Source: Chiloscyllium plagiosum
Lineage: Eukaryota
Direction of reading: 5' to 3'
Assembly (NCBI RefSeq): GCF_004010195.1
Contig: NC_057720.1
Span: 3,114,462-3,147,241 of the forward strand
Length of the DNA stretch: 32,780 bases
In this document: one piece after another, positions 32,008-32,780 of the stretch
Layout: each line of letters starts with the position of its first letter
How positions within the stretch are numbered: position 1 is the first letter of the stretch
Position numbers and translations under genes: made by a program
The notes under the pieces: generated by a model
What the model saw: only the letters and a program-made list of their open reading frames with translations
Told to the model about the DNA's origin: nothing
The model's database searches: none

Positions 32008-32322
32008 AAACACAGGAAGGATGTTCCTGATAACCTGGGAGCCCAGAACCAGGGGGTCACAGTGTAAGGATGTGGGGTAAGGCCATTTAAGGCTGAGATG
32101 AGGAGAAATGTCTTTGCCCAGAGAGTGGGGAGCCTGGGGTATTCTCTGCCACAGAAAGTGGTTGAGGGAAAATGAATGCTTCCAAGAAGGAAATAGATCT
32201 AGTTCTTATAACTAAAGGGATTAGAGAGTATGGGGGAGAAAGCAGGAACAGGGGATTGAGCTGGATGATCAGCCAGGATCATATTGAATGGTGCAGCAGA
32301 ATTGAATGGCCGAATGGCCACA
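32008..32322 (+). mobile_element. CR1 3' fragment
   Basis: GAGATGAGGAGAAAT...CAGAGAGTGG...ATTGAATGGTGCAGCAG. Confidence 0.82.
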
Positions 32323-32392
32323 TCCCAAAGTGTGAATAAATCAGACTGGGAATTTTAAATGGAAGTGAATTCATCAGTGCTGGTGTTTCCCA

Positions 32393-32459
32393 GGAGAAAG
32401 TGAGGACTGCAGATGCTGGAGACCAGAGTTGAAAAATGTGGTGCTGGAAAAGCACAGCA
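32393..32459 (-). mobile_element. Penelope-like 3' stub (no ribozyme retained)
   Basis: GAGAAAGTGAGGACTGCAGATGCTGGAG...GTGGTGCTGGAAAAGCACAGCA, as at 20358-20420. Confidence 0.75.
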
Positions 32460-32690
32460 TTGTTTTGGCTGGTTGAGGATTCAATTGACTGGGAAGTGGG
32501 TTTTGCTCACTAACTAACCAGGTTAGAGCTGCTCTCTTACACAGACTGTGCTGGTTAAGGACATTGTGCAAACAGTAATCTGTTAGCTCTGAGCTGCTGC
32601 TGCTCCTTGGAGTGTTCACTGACCATCTGACCCAGGCTCACTCTGAGAACATGTGGCACCACTCCCCGAAGTGTGGCAATGATGATGGGA

Positions 32691-32780
32691 CTGAGCAAAT
32701 ACCCCCTAACTCCATACCCCTGAGTAAATACCCCCTACCTCCATACCCCTGAGCAAATAACCCCCTAACTCCATACCCCT
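32691..32780. repeat. 29-bp tandem repeat (>=3 copies, runs off the right edge)
   Basis: Unit TGAGYAAATACCCCCTAMCTCCATACCCC. Confidence 0.9.

Overview
Eukaryotic, repeat-dense non-coding DNA from a cartilaginous fish. The repeat families point to a shark, possibly a carpet/bamboo shark; this is inferred from repeat content only. No host protein-coding exon is recognisable. Most of the window is nested retroelement debris: vertebrate CR1/HER1-type LINEs, a second CR1-superfamily (Zenon-like) LINE, HE1/V-SINEs, a tRNA-derived SINE sharing its 3' tail with the Zenon-like LINE, an old Deu-domain SINE and L2 remnants. There are also four tandem arrays, three of them born inside retroelements, and an 83-nt N gap. 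The most notable signal is about a dozen short Penelope-like insertions carrying minimal type-I hammerhead ribozyme motifs (CUGANGA-A-stemII-GAAAC-GUH). Their stems covary, several have 11-17 bp target-site duplications and 5' inversions, and their breakpoints cluster at the ribozyme's 5' edge. Family names come from recalled consensus sequences, not a database search, and element boundaries are approximate.
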